Source of the DNA: Flavobacteriales bacterium
Lineage (GTDB): Bacteria; Bacteroidota; Bacteroidia; Flavobacteriales; TMED113
NCBI GenBank assembly: GCA_002701365.1
Contig: NZUK01000009.1
Span: 121,646-185,645, forward strand
Direction of reading: 5' to 3'
DNA length: 64,000 nucleotides
Positions 19,507 to 28,801 of this stretch are shown piece after piece. The notes beneath the pieces were generated by a model. The model saw only the letters and a list, made by a program, of their open reading frames with translations, searched no databases and was not told where the DNA came from. Each line of letters starts with the position of its first letter. Position 1 is the first letter of the stretch. The translations under genes were made by a program, and so were the position numbers.

Positions 19507-20769
19507 ATGAAGACGATAATCAAAAATATCAAAGAAATAATTGGTGTATCATTAAATGAGAAAAATGAACTCAAAAAAGGCAAAAAGCTTAATGAAACAT
19601 CAATAATTCAAAATGGATGGATAACGATTGAAGACGGCTTAATAGTTGATTTTGGAACCATGCATGACTGGCCAGGCCTTGACAACTGGAACACAACAAC
19701 TATAATCGATGCGGACAACGGATATGTTCTACCATCATGGTGTGACAGTCACACCCATCTTGTGTTTTCAGGCAGCAGAGAGAATGAATTTGTAGATAGA
19801 ATCAATGGGTTGTCATATGAAGAAATTGCTCACAATGGTGGCGGAATTTTAAATTCAGCACAATTATTATCTCAAACAAGTGAAGATGACTTATACAATC
19901 AAAGTAAAGTAAGGGTAGAAGAAGTGATTAGAATGGGAACTGGAGCTTTAGAAATAAAAAGTGGCTATGGCTTAAACATAAATGACGAGATAAAGATGCT
20001 TCATGTAATTCAAAAAATAAAAAACAACTACCCTATCGAAATAAAATCCACTTTTTTAGGGGCACATGCAGTACCTAAGCAAATTTCTAAGTCAAAATAC
20101 ATTTCCATTATTATTAATGAAATGATTCCTGAAATTGCCAAGCAAAAAATAGCAGATTATATCGATGTATTTTGTGATACTGGTTTTTTTACCCCAAAAG
20201 AAACTGAAAAAATTCTAGAGGCAGGATTGAAGTATAATTTAAAACCCAAAATACATGCAAATGAATTAGATTTTTCAGGCGGAATTGAGGTAGGTGTTAA
20301 AATGAATGCCGTTTCAGTTGACCACTTGGAATGCACATCTGAAAAACAAATTGATTTATTAAAAAATTCTAATACTATCCCTACTCTACTGCCAGGAACT
20401 GCATTTTTTTTAGGTCTTGAATATCCTCCGGCTAAAAAAATGATTCAATCTAATCTCCCTATTGCATTAGCAAGCGATTACAACCCCGGCTCTTGTCCAT
20501 CAGGAAATATGGCTTTTATGATTTCCTTAGCATGTATAAAAATGAAAATGAATCCAATAGAAGCAATTAATGCTGCAACTATCAATGGAGCGCATGCAAT
20601 GGAACTGGAAAATCAATTAGGAAGTATTAAGCGTGGAAAAAAAGCAAATCTCATAATTACTAAAAATATCCCCTCTATAAACTTTATTCCTTATTGTATT
20701 GGGAGGAATATTGTCAACAAAGTCATAATTAATGGAAAAGTTTATTATGATTCTGAAACAAATTATTAA
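19507..20769 (+). CDS. hutI: imidazolonepropionase
   Basis: Amidohydrolase fold with SWCDSHTHLVFSG, KIHANE and ASDYNPGS. Confidence 0.9.
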   Translation: MKTIIKNIKEIIGVSLNEKNELKKGKKLNETSIIQNGWITIEDGLIVDFGTMHDWPGLDNWNTTTIIDADNGYVLPSWCDSHTHLVFSGSRENEFVDRINGLSYEEIAHNGGGILNSAQLLSQTSEDDLYNQSKVRVEEVIRMGTGALEIKSGYGLNINDEIKMLHVIQKIKNNYPIEIKSTFLGAHAVPKQISKSKYISIIINEMIPEIAKQKIADYIDVFCDTGFFTPKETEKILEAGLKYNLKPKIHANELDFSGGIEVGVKMNAVSVDHLECTSEKQIDLLKNSNTIPTLLPGTAFFLGLEYPPAKKMIQSNLPIALASDYNPGSCPSGNMAFMISLACIKMKMNPIEAINAATINGAHAMELENQLGSIKRGKKANLIITKNIPSINFIPYCIGRNIVNKVIINGKVYYDSETNY

Positions 20770-20779
20770 GTTTGCAATT

Positions 20780-21892
20780 ATGGTAATCAATAGTTTTTAT
20801 ACAAAAATTAATAAGTTTCGTTATTTAGGTTTAATTAGTCTTTTCTGCCTAATGCAACATCAAATACTTTTATCCCAACAATGCGAATGGCTATATCAAG
20901 ATTTAGATACAAACTCGTACTCTATTACAGAAAATGGGCTAGAGTTATATTATTGTGAAAATATCATGGATACTATTTGGGCTCCTAGCGGATATATTGA
21001 TGTGTACTGGGAATATACAATTAATGGAGAAGAATGTGAAGACTGGGATTGGATTGGAGACAACTTCTTCTTATCAATCGACTACAATGATCCCTGTTTA
21101 GAAAATCTAAATAACAACAGAGTACAAATTCAATTCTTTGGTCAAACAGGAACACAAACTGATTCTTGTGAATTTGAAATTGTATTTTATAACGAGGATA
21201 ACCTCTACATTACTATTGATAGTTTTAATGACGATGAACAAATTACAATTTGTGAACAAGACATACTCATATTACAAGCAGTGGGCTTAAGTTCAAATTG
21301 CGATGGATACGATATTCAGTGGTATTTAAATGGAGATTTGCTTGAGGGTGAAAACAATTGCGAATTAGATATAACAAATACTAATTATGATATAAATAGT
21401 CCAAATATTTATAGTTTTACAGCATCTAGTTACTGCTCTGACACATATGGGCTAAACGAAATGTCAGAGTGGAGAACAATAACTATATATGAAGGCTATG
21501 AAGGATGCGAGCCTTGTCAGTGGGTTTTTCCAGACTACGACAAAGATGAATTTTACTATTTTTCACCAAATGACGATGGAAGTGTTGATTATTTTCCAGA
21601 AGCCCCTAATAATGAGGAAAATAGGCCGTCAGAAACAGGCCTCAACTTGTCCTATCCTACATGCGAAGCAACTATATATAGAATTTCAATATATAATAGG
21701 CTTGGTCGCGAACTATTTGTATCAGAGCACGACAACCATCCTTGGAATGGTAAAACAAATAATGGTAAAACATGTAATGAAGGAATATACTTTTATAAAC
21801 TGGAATATATTCTAAATCCATACATATCTAATTTTGAACAAGACCAGACTAAAGTAAAAACTGGAACTGTTTATTTATTTTCTGGAAATTAA
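20780..21892 (+). CDS. secreted Cys-rich protein with T9SS type-B (gliding-motility CHU_C) C-terminal sorting domain
   Basis: Start moved to ATG 20780, just after the hutI stop, which gives a signal peptide (...LFCLMQHQILLSQ). The C-terminus (FSPNDDGSVDYF...IYNRLGRELF...WNGK.NNGK...EGIYFYKL...GTVYLF) fits the type-B CTD pattern. Confidence 0.7.
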   Translation: MVINSFYTKINKFRYLGLISLFCLMQHQILLSQQCEWLYQDLDTNSYSITENGLELYYCENIMDTIWAPSGYIDVYWEYTINGEECEDWDWIGDNFFLSIDYNDPCLENLNNNRVQIQFFGQTGTQTDSCEFEIVFYNEDNLYITIDSFNDDEQITICEQDILILQAVGLSSNCDGYDIQWYLNGDLLEGENNCELDITNTNYDINSPNIYSFTASSYCSDTYGLNEMSEWRTITIYEGYEGCEPCQWVFPDYDKDEFYYFSPNDDGSVDYFPEAPNNEENRPSETGLNLSYPTCEATIYRISIYNRLGRELFVSEHDNHPWNGKTNNGKTCNEGIYFYKLEYILNPYISNFEQDQTKVKTGTVYLFSGN

Positions 21893-21901
21893 GATATCAT
21901 A

Positions 21902-23596
21902 ATGAAAAAAATACTTGAATGTGTACCTAATATTTCAGAGGGAAGAAACTCTGAAGTTATTCAAAAAATTGTCAACGAAATCAAAAAATCAGATGGCGTT
22001 ACATTACTTGATGTAGATCCAGGAAAAGCGACAAACCGAACGGTAATAACATTCGCTGGAGACCCCGAATCAGTAATTACAGCAGCTTTTAAATTAATAA
22101 AAAAAGCATCCGAACTAATTAATATGCAAAAACATAGCGGAGAACATCCACGGATGGGAGCAACAGACGTATGCCCTTTAATTCCAATTTCAGGCATATC
22201 AATGGAAGAAGCAATTTTATACTCTAAAAAATTAGCAAAAAAAGTAGGTCAAGATCTTCAAATTCCAACTTATTTATATGAACACTCTGCTAAAAAAAAA
22301 TATAGACAAAATTTAGCTAATATTAGAGAAGGGGAATACGAAGGCCTTGCAACTAAAATTGCAGACAAAAAATGGGAACCAGACTTTGGACCTTCTGAAT
22401 TTGAAAAAATTAAAAAATCTGGAGCAACAGCGATAGGAGCAAGAGATTTTCTTATAGCATATAATATAAATTTAAATACTACATCTACAAGAAGAGCTAA
22501 TGCAATTGCTTTTGATGTGAGAGAAAAAGGGAGAATACTGAGAGCAAATAACTCACTAACGGGCAAAATAATAAAAGATAAAAATGGTGAAACAATTTGG
22601 ACACCTGGGTCTTTAAAACATGTAAAAGCAATTGGCTGGTTTATTGAGGAATATGGGATCACGCAGATTTCCATGAATCTTACGAATATTTCTAAAACCC
22701 CTATCCACGTAGTGTTTGATGAGGTTTGCAAGAAGGCATTAAACAGGGGCATTAGAGTAACCGGATCAGAGTTAGTTGGCCTAATTCCTCTGAAATCGAT
22801 GATTGATGCGGGTAAATACTTTTTAAAAAAACAAAAAAGATCAACTGGTATTTCAGAGAAAGAAATTATTTCTATTGCACAAAAAACGATGGGATTAGAT
22901 GAAATTCAAAAATTTAATCCTGACGAAAAGATTATTGAATATAGAATCAGAAAAAACCGTAAAAAATTATGTAATCTTACATTAACTGATTTTTTACAAG
23001 AAACTGCTTCTGAAAGCCCTGCGCCAGGAGGTGGGTCAATTGCTGCCTACATAGGTTCTCTAGGGGCTGCATTAACTACGATGGTTGCAAATCTATCTAG
23101 TCACAAAAGAGGCTGGGATGAAAAATGGGAAGAGTTTTCCGAGTTAGCTGAACAAGGTCAATTATACATTATAGAACTAGAAAAACTAGTTGATAAAGAC
23201 ACTGATGCATTTAATGAAATTATTCGCTGCTTTAGACTAAATGAAAACACTAGTGAAGATAAAAGAAATAAAACTGATTCAATTCAAAAAGCTACATTAA
23301 ATGCAATACAAATACCCCTAAAAGTTATGTCAACTTCCTTAGAACTAATGAATTTAATTCAAACTCTAGTACAAAAAGGAAATCCCAACTCTGTAAGTGA
23401 TGTTGGTGTAGCTGCACTATGTGCTAGATCAGCAGTCCTTGGAGCATATTTAAATGTGGCAATAAATGCTAAAGATTATACAGATTTATCACATCGTAAC
23501 AAGTTACTAAAAGAAGCTAGTGAAATACAAAAAAAAGCTATTAAGCTAGAAGCTGAAATTATCGAGAAAACATTAAAAAAAATACAAGAATCTTAA
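21902..23596 (+). CDS. ftcD: bifunctional glutamate formimidoyltransferase / formimidoyltetrahydrofolate cyclodeaminase
   Basis: N-terminal ECVPNISEGR signature and C-terminal cyclodeaminase signature (SESPAPGGGSIAAYIGSLGAAL). Confidence 0.85.
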   Translation: MKKILECVPNISEGRNSEVIQKIVNEIKKSDGVTLLDVDPGKATNRTVITFAGDPESVITAAFKLIKKASELINMQKHSGEHPRMGATDVCPLIPISGISMEEAILYSKKLAKKVGQDLQIPTYLYEHSAKKKYRQNLANIREGEYEGLATKIADKKWEPDFGPSEFEKIKKSGATAIGARDFLIAYNINLNTTSTRRANAIAFDVREKGRILRANNSLTGKIIKDKNGETIWTPGSLKHVKAIGWFIEEYGITQISMNLTNISKTPIHVVFDEVCKKALNRGIRVTGSELVGLIPLKSMIDAGKYFLKKQKRSTGISEKEIISIAQKTMGLDEIQKFNPDEKIIEYRIRKNRKKLCNLTLTDFLQETASESPAPGGGSIAAYIGSLGAALTTMVANLSSHKRGWDEKWEEFSELAEQGQLYIIELEKLVDKDTDAFNEIIRCFRLNENTSEDKRNKTDSIQKATLNAIQIPLKVMSTSLELMNLIQTLVQKGNPNSVSDVGVAALCARSAVLGAYLNVAINAKDYTDLSHRNKLLKEASEIQKKAIKLEAEIIEKTLKKIQES

Positions 23597-23609
23597 TCAT
23601 TAATAAATA

Positions 23610-25601
23610 CTAATAATTATATAAATCTATTATTTTTTCTTTTAATCTATTTTTTGCTAAAAAATTCTTTTCTAAATCCGCAGCAAAAGGAACAGGTGTA
23701 TCTAAACTTGACACTCTATATATAGGAGCATCTAAATACTCAAAAAAATCTTGAGCAATTAATGATGCAATATCCGCACCAAAACCTCCCAGATTAACAT
23801 CTTCATGTAAAATCAAAACTTTACCTGTTTTCTTAATAGTTTTTTCAATAGATTCGACATCTAAAGGAACCAAAGTTCTTAAGTCTAATAAATCAATTGA
23901 AATATTACTGTTGTTTTTGATAAAATCTAACATCCAATGAACTCCCATACCATAAGTAATAACACTTAAATCATCGCCTTGATTTATTAAATTAGCCTTT
24001 CCGAATGGGATAGTATAATAATCTTCTGGGACGTCCTCAGAAATACTGCGATACAAAGCCTTATGCTCAAAAAACATAACTGGATTTGGATCTTCAAAAG
24101 CAGTCAACAGAAGGCCTTTAGCATCCTTTGGAAAAGCAGGATAAACAACTTTTAGTCCTGGTGTATGAGTAAACCATGCCTCATTAGTTTGAGAATGAAA
24201 AGGCCCAGCGCCAACACCAGCACCGCAAGGCATTCTGATAATAACATCAGAGGATTGTGCCCAGCGATAATGAGACTTGGCAAGATTATTAACAATTGGA
24301 TTAAAACCAGAACTGACGAAATCAGCAAATTGCATTTCAATTATACTTTTAAAACCTGCAACTGACAAACCTAATGCCATACTACCTATAATAGATTCAC
24401 ATATGGGAGTATTCCTAACTCTATGCTTGCCAAATAAATCAATGAATCCTTCAGATATTTTAAAAACACCACCATATTCTGCAATATCTTGACCCATAAA
24501 AATTGAATTTTCATGTTTTTTCATACCTAGCATCAGAGCAGAAGAAATAGCATCTAAAAATCGCATTTTTTTAAAATCACCTGAGTTATTTATGAGATGG
24601 AAGTTATGTTTTTTAAAAACACTCTCTAATTCAAACTGCTTGTTAAATTGAATGTCGTTTTCTGAAAAAGCAGATAAAATAGCATTATCTATTTCATCCT
24701 TAAATTCTTTTTTCATAAGGTCAATATCTCCCGTTTTAATAATTTTCTCATCTAATAAAAAATTTTCAAAATTAGTAATAGGGTCTTTTAATGACCATTC
24801 TTCTAATAATTCTTTAGGAACATATTTTACACCAGATGCTTCTTCATGGCCACGCATTCTAAAAGTTTGACACTCTAAAAGTACAGGATGTGGACTTTTG
24901 CGTATACTATTACAAATTGATTTTAATTTTATAAAAACTTCAACAATATTATTGCCATCAATATTATATGAAGGAATTCCATAACCGACTCCTCTATCAG
25001 CTAAACTTTTACAGTTGTACTGCTCTTTAACAGGAGTAGACAAGCCATAACCGTTGTTTTCAACTAAAAAGACCACCGGCAAAGACCACACAGAAGCAAC
25101 ATTTAATGCTTCATGGAAGTCACCTTCACTTGTACCTCCCTCACCAGAAAAAACAATGCAAACTTGGTTATTTTTCTTTAGCATATTAGCTAATGCGATA
25201 CCATTTGCAACACCCATTTGCGGTCCAAGATGAGAAATCATACCAACAATTCTATGCTCAATAGAACCAAAATGAAAGGACCTATCTCGACCATTTGTAA
25301 ATCCATTTCTCTTGCCCTGAAACTGAGAAAATAATTTATCTAAAGCAATGCCTTTGCCTGTAAAAACACCTAAATTTCTATGCATAGGCAAAATAAACTC
25401 ATCCTTTTCGCAAACATTTGTTACAGCGGCAGAAATAGCCTCTTGACCTATTCCAGAAAACCATTTTGAAATTTTACCTTGGCGTAATAAAAGAAGCATT
25501 TTTTCTTCAATCATACGTGGCTTCAACATTGAGGTGTAGAGACTAATCAATGTCTGGTTATTTAATTTAGATGTTTTATAATTAATACTCATTTCCGTCA
25601 A
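23610..25601 (-). CDS. fused 2-oxoacid dehydrogenase E1 component (alpha+beta in one polypeptide)
   Basis: TPP-binding alpha part (GEGGTSEGDFHEALN...ENNGYGLST) followed by a transketolase-like beta part (RVRNTPICE..., PFHSQ). Confidence 0.85.
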   Translation of the reverse strand: MTEMSINYKTSKLNNQTLISLYTSMLKPRMIEEKMLLLLRQGKISKWFSGIGQEAISAAVTNVCEKDEFILPMHRNLGVFTGKGIALDKLFSQFQGKRNGFTNGRDRSFHFGSIEHRIVGMISHLGPQMGVANGIALANMLKKNNQVCIVFSGEGGTSEGDFHEALNVASVWSLPVVFLVENNGYGLSTPVKEQYNCKSLADRGVGYGIPSYNIDGNNIVEVFIKLKSICNSIRKSPHPVLLECQTFRMRGHEEASGVKYVPKELLEEWSLKDPITNFENFLLDEKIIKTGDIDLMKKEFKDEIDNAILSAFSENDIQFNKQFELESVFKKHNFHLINNSGDFKKMRFLDAISSALMLGMKKHENSIFMGQDIAEYGGVFKISEGFIDLFGKHRVRNTPICESIIGSMALGLSVAGFKSIIEMQFADFVSSGFNPIVNNLAKSHYRWAQSSDVIIRMPCGAGVGAGPFHSQTNEAWFTHTPGLKVVYPAFPKDAKGLLLTAFEDPNPVMFFEHKALYRSISEDVPEDYYTIPFGKANLINQGDDLSVITYGMGVHWMLDFIKNNSNISIDLLDLRTLVPLDVESIEKTIKKTGKVLILHEDVNLGGFGADIASLIAQDFFEYLDAPIYRVSSLDTPVPFAADLEKNFLAKNRLKEKIIDLYNY

Positions 25602-25671
25602 AATTATATAATTAATATTTATTTTTGGCTTAAATATCTGTAATAATGAATTAATATTTTAATTTAAGAAT

Positions 25672-26628
25672 ATGACAACAATACAATCAATTCCATCATT
25701 AGACTTAAATGATTTCAAAAGTTCCAGTGAAGAAACAAAAGAAAAATTTGTTAAAGAGCTTGGAGAGGCTTACAAAAATATTGGCTTTATATCTTTAAAA
25801 AATTATGGTCTAAATCCAGAAATAGAAAACGAACTTTATCAAGAAGTGAAAAACTTTTTTGAACTACCTGTTGAAAAAAAAATAAAATATGAAAAATCTG
25901 AACTAAATGGCCAAAGAGGATACATCTCATTTGGAAAAGAAACTGCAAAAGGATATAAAAAATCTGATTTGAAAGAATTTTGGCATTTTGGGCAAGAACT
26001 TAAAGAAAATGATCCCCTTTATAAAGAATATGAACCTAATGTATTTTGTGATGACTTACCCAATTTTAATAAAATTGGAAGAAAAGTATTTAGTATTTTG
26101 GAAGAAACTGGGATCATGGTCCTTAGAGCTATTGCATTACATCTAGATTTACCTGAGTTTTATTTTGATGAAAAAGTTTCTGGCGGCAATAGTATATTAA
26201 GAGCAATTCACTATCCTCCTATAACATCAGAACCAAAAGGAGCAGTGAGAGCTGCTGCCCACGGAGACATCAATCTAATCACTATTCTGATGGGTGCAAG
26301 TGCAGAAGGATTAGAAATACAAACTAGGAATGGCAATTGGATCGGTGTAACCGCACTACCCAACCAAGTAGTAATTAATATTGGAGATATGATGTCTAGA
26401 CTAACAAACGATGCACTTCATTCGTCAATTCATCAAGTCGTTAATCCGCCAAAAAAAGACTGGAAAAAACCTAGATTTTCAATTCCTTTTTTTATGCATC
26501 CAAGATCTGAAATGTCGTTGAATTGTTTACCCTCTTGTGTAAATAAAAAAAATGAACAAAAATATACAGACATTACTGCTGGAGAATTTTTAGATAAAAG
26601 AATCAAAGAATTAGGATTAAAAAAATGA
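25672..26628 (+). CDS. 2OG-Fe(II) oxygenase, isopenicillin-N-synthase-like family
   Basis: DIOX_N-like N-terminus. HxD...H facial triad candidates (AHGDINLITIL ... HQVVNP) and RFSIPFF. Confidence 0.75.
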   Translation: MTTIQSIPSLDLNDFKSSSEETKEKFVKELGEAYKNIGFISLKNYGLNPEIENELYQEVKNFFELPVEKKIKYEKSELNGQRGYISFGKETAKGYKKSDLKEFWHFGQELKENDPLYKEYEPNVFCDDLPNFNKIGRKVFSILEETGIMVLRAIALHLDLPEFYFDEKVSGGNSILRAIHYPPITSEPKGAVRAAAHGDINLITILMGASAEGLEIQTRNGNWIGVTALPNQVVINIGDMMSRLTNDALHSSIHQVVNPPKKDWKKPRFSIPFFMHPRSEMSLNCLPSCVNKKNEQKYTDITAGEFLDKRIKELGLKK

Positions 26629-26948
26629 ACAAAGACGGCTTAGTTTACTCTACAAATCCTAATCTCGAATTAAGTAAACAAAACTCTCATGAGGAAGATG
26701 ATGTTGTAAAATGCACATTGTCAGTATGCTATGAAAAGAAAGGAAGAGCAGGAAAAGGAGTTACAATTATTAAGGGTCTTAGCAGTTCAAGCTTAAAACT
26801 AGCATTGTTGTCACAAAAACTAAAAAAATCCTTGAGTATCGGAGGAACTGTTAAAAATGGTGAAATAATACTACAAGGTCGATTGCAAGAGCAAGTCATA
26901 AAAATACTTGAAAAAGAAGGTTATAAAGCAAAAAAAGTTGGCGGATAA
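26625..26948 (+). CDS. yciH: SUI1/YciH-family translation initiation factor homologue
   Basis: 107 aa with RAGKGVTIIKGL and a GGTVKNGEIILQG pattern. The start overlaps the oxygenase stop (ATGA 26625-26628). Confidence 0.8.
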   Translation: MNKDGLVYSTNPNLELSKQNSHEEDDVVKCTLSVCYEKKGRAGKGVTIIKGLSSSSLKLALLSQKLKKSLSIGGTVKNGEIILQGRLQEQVIKILEKEGYKAKKVGG

Positions 26949-26956
26949 GTATCTAT

Positions 26957-28057
26957 CTATTTGAACAACTCTTTATAAGATTCCTCATACATAGATACAA
27001 TTAACCTTAAATCATATTTTTTTGCTGTCTCATATGCATTAAAACTTATTTCTTTATATAAATTATTATTGGACAATAAATTTATTGAATTTTTAGCCAT
27101 TTTTTCAACATCACCTACAGACGATGTATAACCATTAAAATTATCAATAACTAATTCTGGTAATCCTCCAGAAGATGTACTAATTACTGGAACCCCAAAC
27201 GACATCGCCTCAAGAGCTACAAGTCCAAAACTCTCAGTTTCTGATGGCAGTAAGAATAAGTCTGTTGTTTCTAATACTAAATCTATTTGTTTTGAATAAC
27301 CGATAAAGTTCACAGAGGATTCTAAGCCTTTTGAAAGAGCATGTGACCTAGTTTTTTCTAGATCAGGACCGTCTCCAATCATAACTAATTCACAATCTAT
27401 TTTTTGATTTATAATACTAAAAATTTCAACAACATCTAATGTTCTTTTTACTGGTCTAAAATTAGAAATATGCAATATTTTTTTTCTTTTATTTAGATTA
27501 TGAAATGAGTTGCGATTAATAGAAAAATCAATAAAATTTGGAATTACTTTTATGTCATTCTTAATGTCAAAATACTGTAGTGTATCTGACTTTAAGCTAT
27601 TCGAAACAGCAGTTACTAACGAAGAACTATTAATTGCATAGTTAACTGCAGATAGTACATTTGGACTTTTCCCAACTAATGTAATATCCGTACCATGTAA
27701 AGTAGTTACAATAGGAATGTAGACATGTTGTTCTGACAGTATTTTTTGAGCATTAACAGCTGCATAAGCATGCGGAATAGCATAGTGAACATGAATTAAA
27801 TCTAAATTATAATTTTGAACAACTTCTACGATTCGAGTAGTTAATGCTAATTCATAAGGAGGATATTCAAATAAAGGATAAATGGGTATATCAACTTTAT
27901 GAAAAAAAATATTTGGAGAAGACATATTAAGTTTAACAGGTTTTTCATAACATATAAAATGGACATTATAATTTTCAGACAACCCCATGCCAAGTTGAGA
28001 AGCAATGATTCCACTACCACCAAATGTAGGATAACATACAATACCAATACTTTTCAT
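26957..28057 (-). CDS. bshA: N-acetyl-alpha-D-glucosaminyl L-malate synthase (bacillithiol glycosyltransferase)
   Basis: The N-terminus MKSIGIVCYPTFGGSGIIASQLG closely resembles BshA. It is a GT4 fold with an E..SFGLV.LEAM motif. Start set at the internal ATG 28057, which forms an ATGA overlap with the upstream stop. Confidence 0.8.
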   Translation of the reverse strand: MKSIGIVCYPTFGGSGIIASQLGMGLSENYNVHFICYEKPVKLNMSSPNIFFHKVDIPIYPLFEYPPYELALTTRIVEVVQNYNLDLIHVHYAIPHAYAAVNAQKILSEQHVYIPIVTTLHGTDITLVGKSPNVLSAVNYAINSSSLVTAVSNSLKSDTLQYFDIKNDIKVIPNFIDFSINRNSFHNLNKRKKILHISNFRPVKRTLDVVEIFSIINQKIDCELVMIGDGPDLEKTRSHALSKGLESSVNFIGYSKQIDLVLETTDLFLLPSETESFGLVALEAMSFGVPVISTSSGGLPELVIDNFNGYTSSVGDVEKMAKNSINLLSNNNLYKEISFNAYETAKKYDLRLIVSMYEESYKELFK

Positions 28058-28797
28058 TTTAAAACTCCATTTTGATATTTTACACAATTTAACTTGAAAC
28101 CTAGTGAATCATAATCACACCATGAACCTGTTTTTTGATCATTTTTATACATTCCCTTGGAAAGAGGCAGTCCTGATACTGCATATTGTACGCATTCTCC
28201 ATTACGTTCATTATTTTCATAAACATAAGTTGATTTTATTTGGCCATTTCTATAATAGGCATAAACTGTATCTATAATCATATTATCTTTATATGTATAT
28301 TGCATGCTCATTGATTTGTCATCAAAATACCACTTTGCATATCCATTTTTTTTATCACTAGAATAAGTAATAGATTCTTGAATATTTCCGTTAGAATAAT
28401 ATTTTAAAAAATCACCATGCTTAACGCCTTGAATATAATGACATTCCATTTTCTTTCTTGAATTATCATAATAATATGTTTGCGAACCATGATATTGACC
28501 ATTTAAAAAAAATTCCTGGTCATTTAATTGTCCTTTTTTACTAATTGACAACCTGTAACCATCTAATTTTCCATCTTTATAGAAAGATATTTCACGGACC
28601 TTACCATTGTCGTGATATTTAATCCAAACACCTTCTTCTAAATCATTAACAAAGGAACCCAATTCAGAAACAACACTATCAAGATATGGAAAATACAATT
28701 TCCATTCACCTTGCTTCATGTCATTTGAATCTACATGATTATTCTGAGACGTAAGAATTGATGAAAATAAGTAAATAAATAAATAAATAAACTTCAT
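28054..28797 (-). CDS. secreted MORN-repeat-variant protein
   Basis: Signal peptide ...SILTSQ, then repeated G.W..Y..NGK / Y..G...G units. Confidence 0.65.
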   Translation of the reverse strand: MKFIYLFIYLFSSILTSQNNHVDSNDMKQGEWKLYFPYLDSVVSELGSFVNDLEEGVWIKYHDNGKVREISFYKDGKLDGYRLSISKKGQLNDQEFFLNGQYHGSQTYYYDNSRKKMECHYIQGVKHGDFLKYYSNGNIQESITYSSDKKNGYAKWYFDDKSMSMQYTYKDNMIIDTVYAYYRNGQIKSTYVYENNERNGECVQYAVSGLPLSKGMYKNDQKTGSWCDYDSLGFKLNCVKYQNGVLK

Positions 28798-28801
28798 ATC
28801 C

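Noticed and set aside
20732-20779. Upstream ATG (20732) for the T9SS-CTD protein, overlapping hutI by 38 nt.
   Set aside because: ATG 20780 lies just after the hutI stop and gives a normal signal peptide. The extra 16 residues would bury the n-region.
28058-28087. Upstream ATG (28087) for bshA.
   Set aside because: The MKSIGIVCYPTFGGSG N-terminus from ATG 28057 matches the BshA N-terminus, and it forms the typical ATGA overlap with the upstream stop. The longer form would overlap the MORN gene by 34 nt.
28054-28797. MORN-repeat protein as a possible YwqK-type antitoxin or toxin-antitoxin module.
   Set aside because: It has a cleavable signal peptide, no adjacent toxin-like gene, and sits in an operon with cell-wall and thiol genes. 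Nothing supports a TA system.
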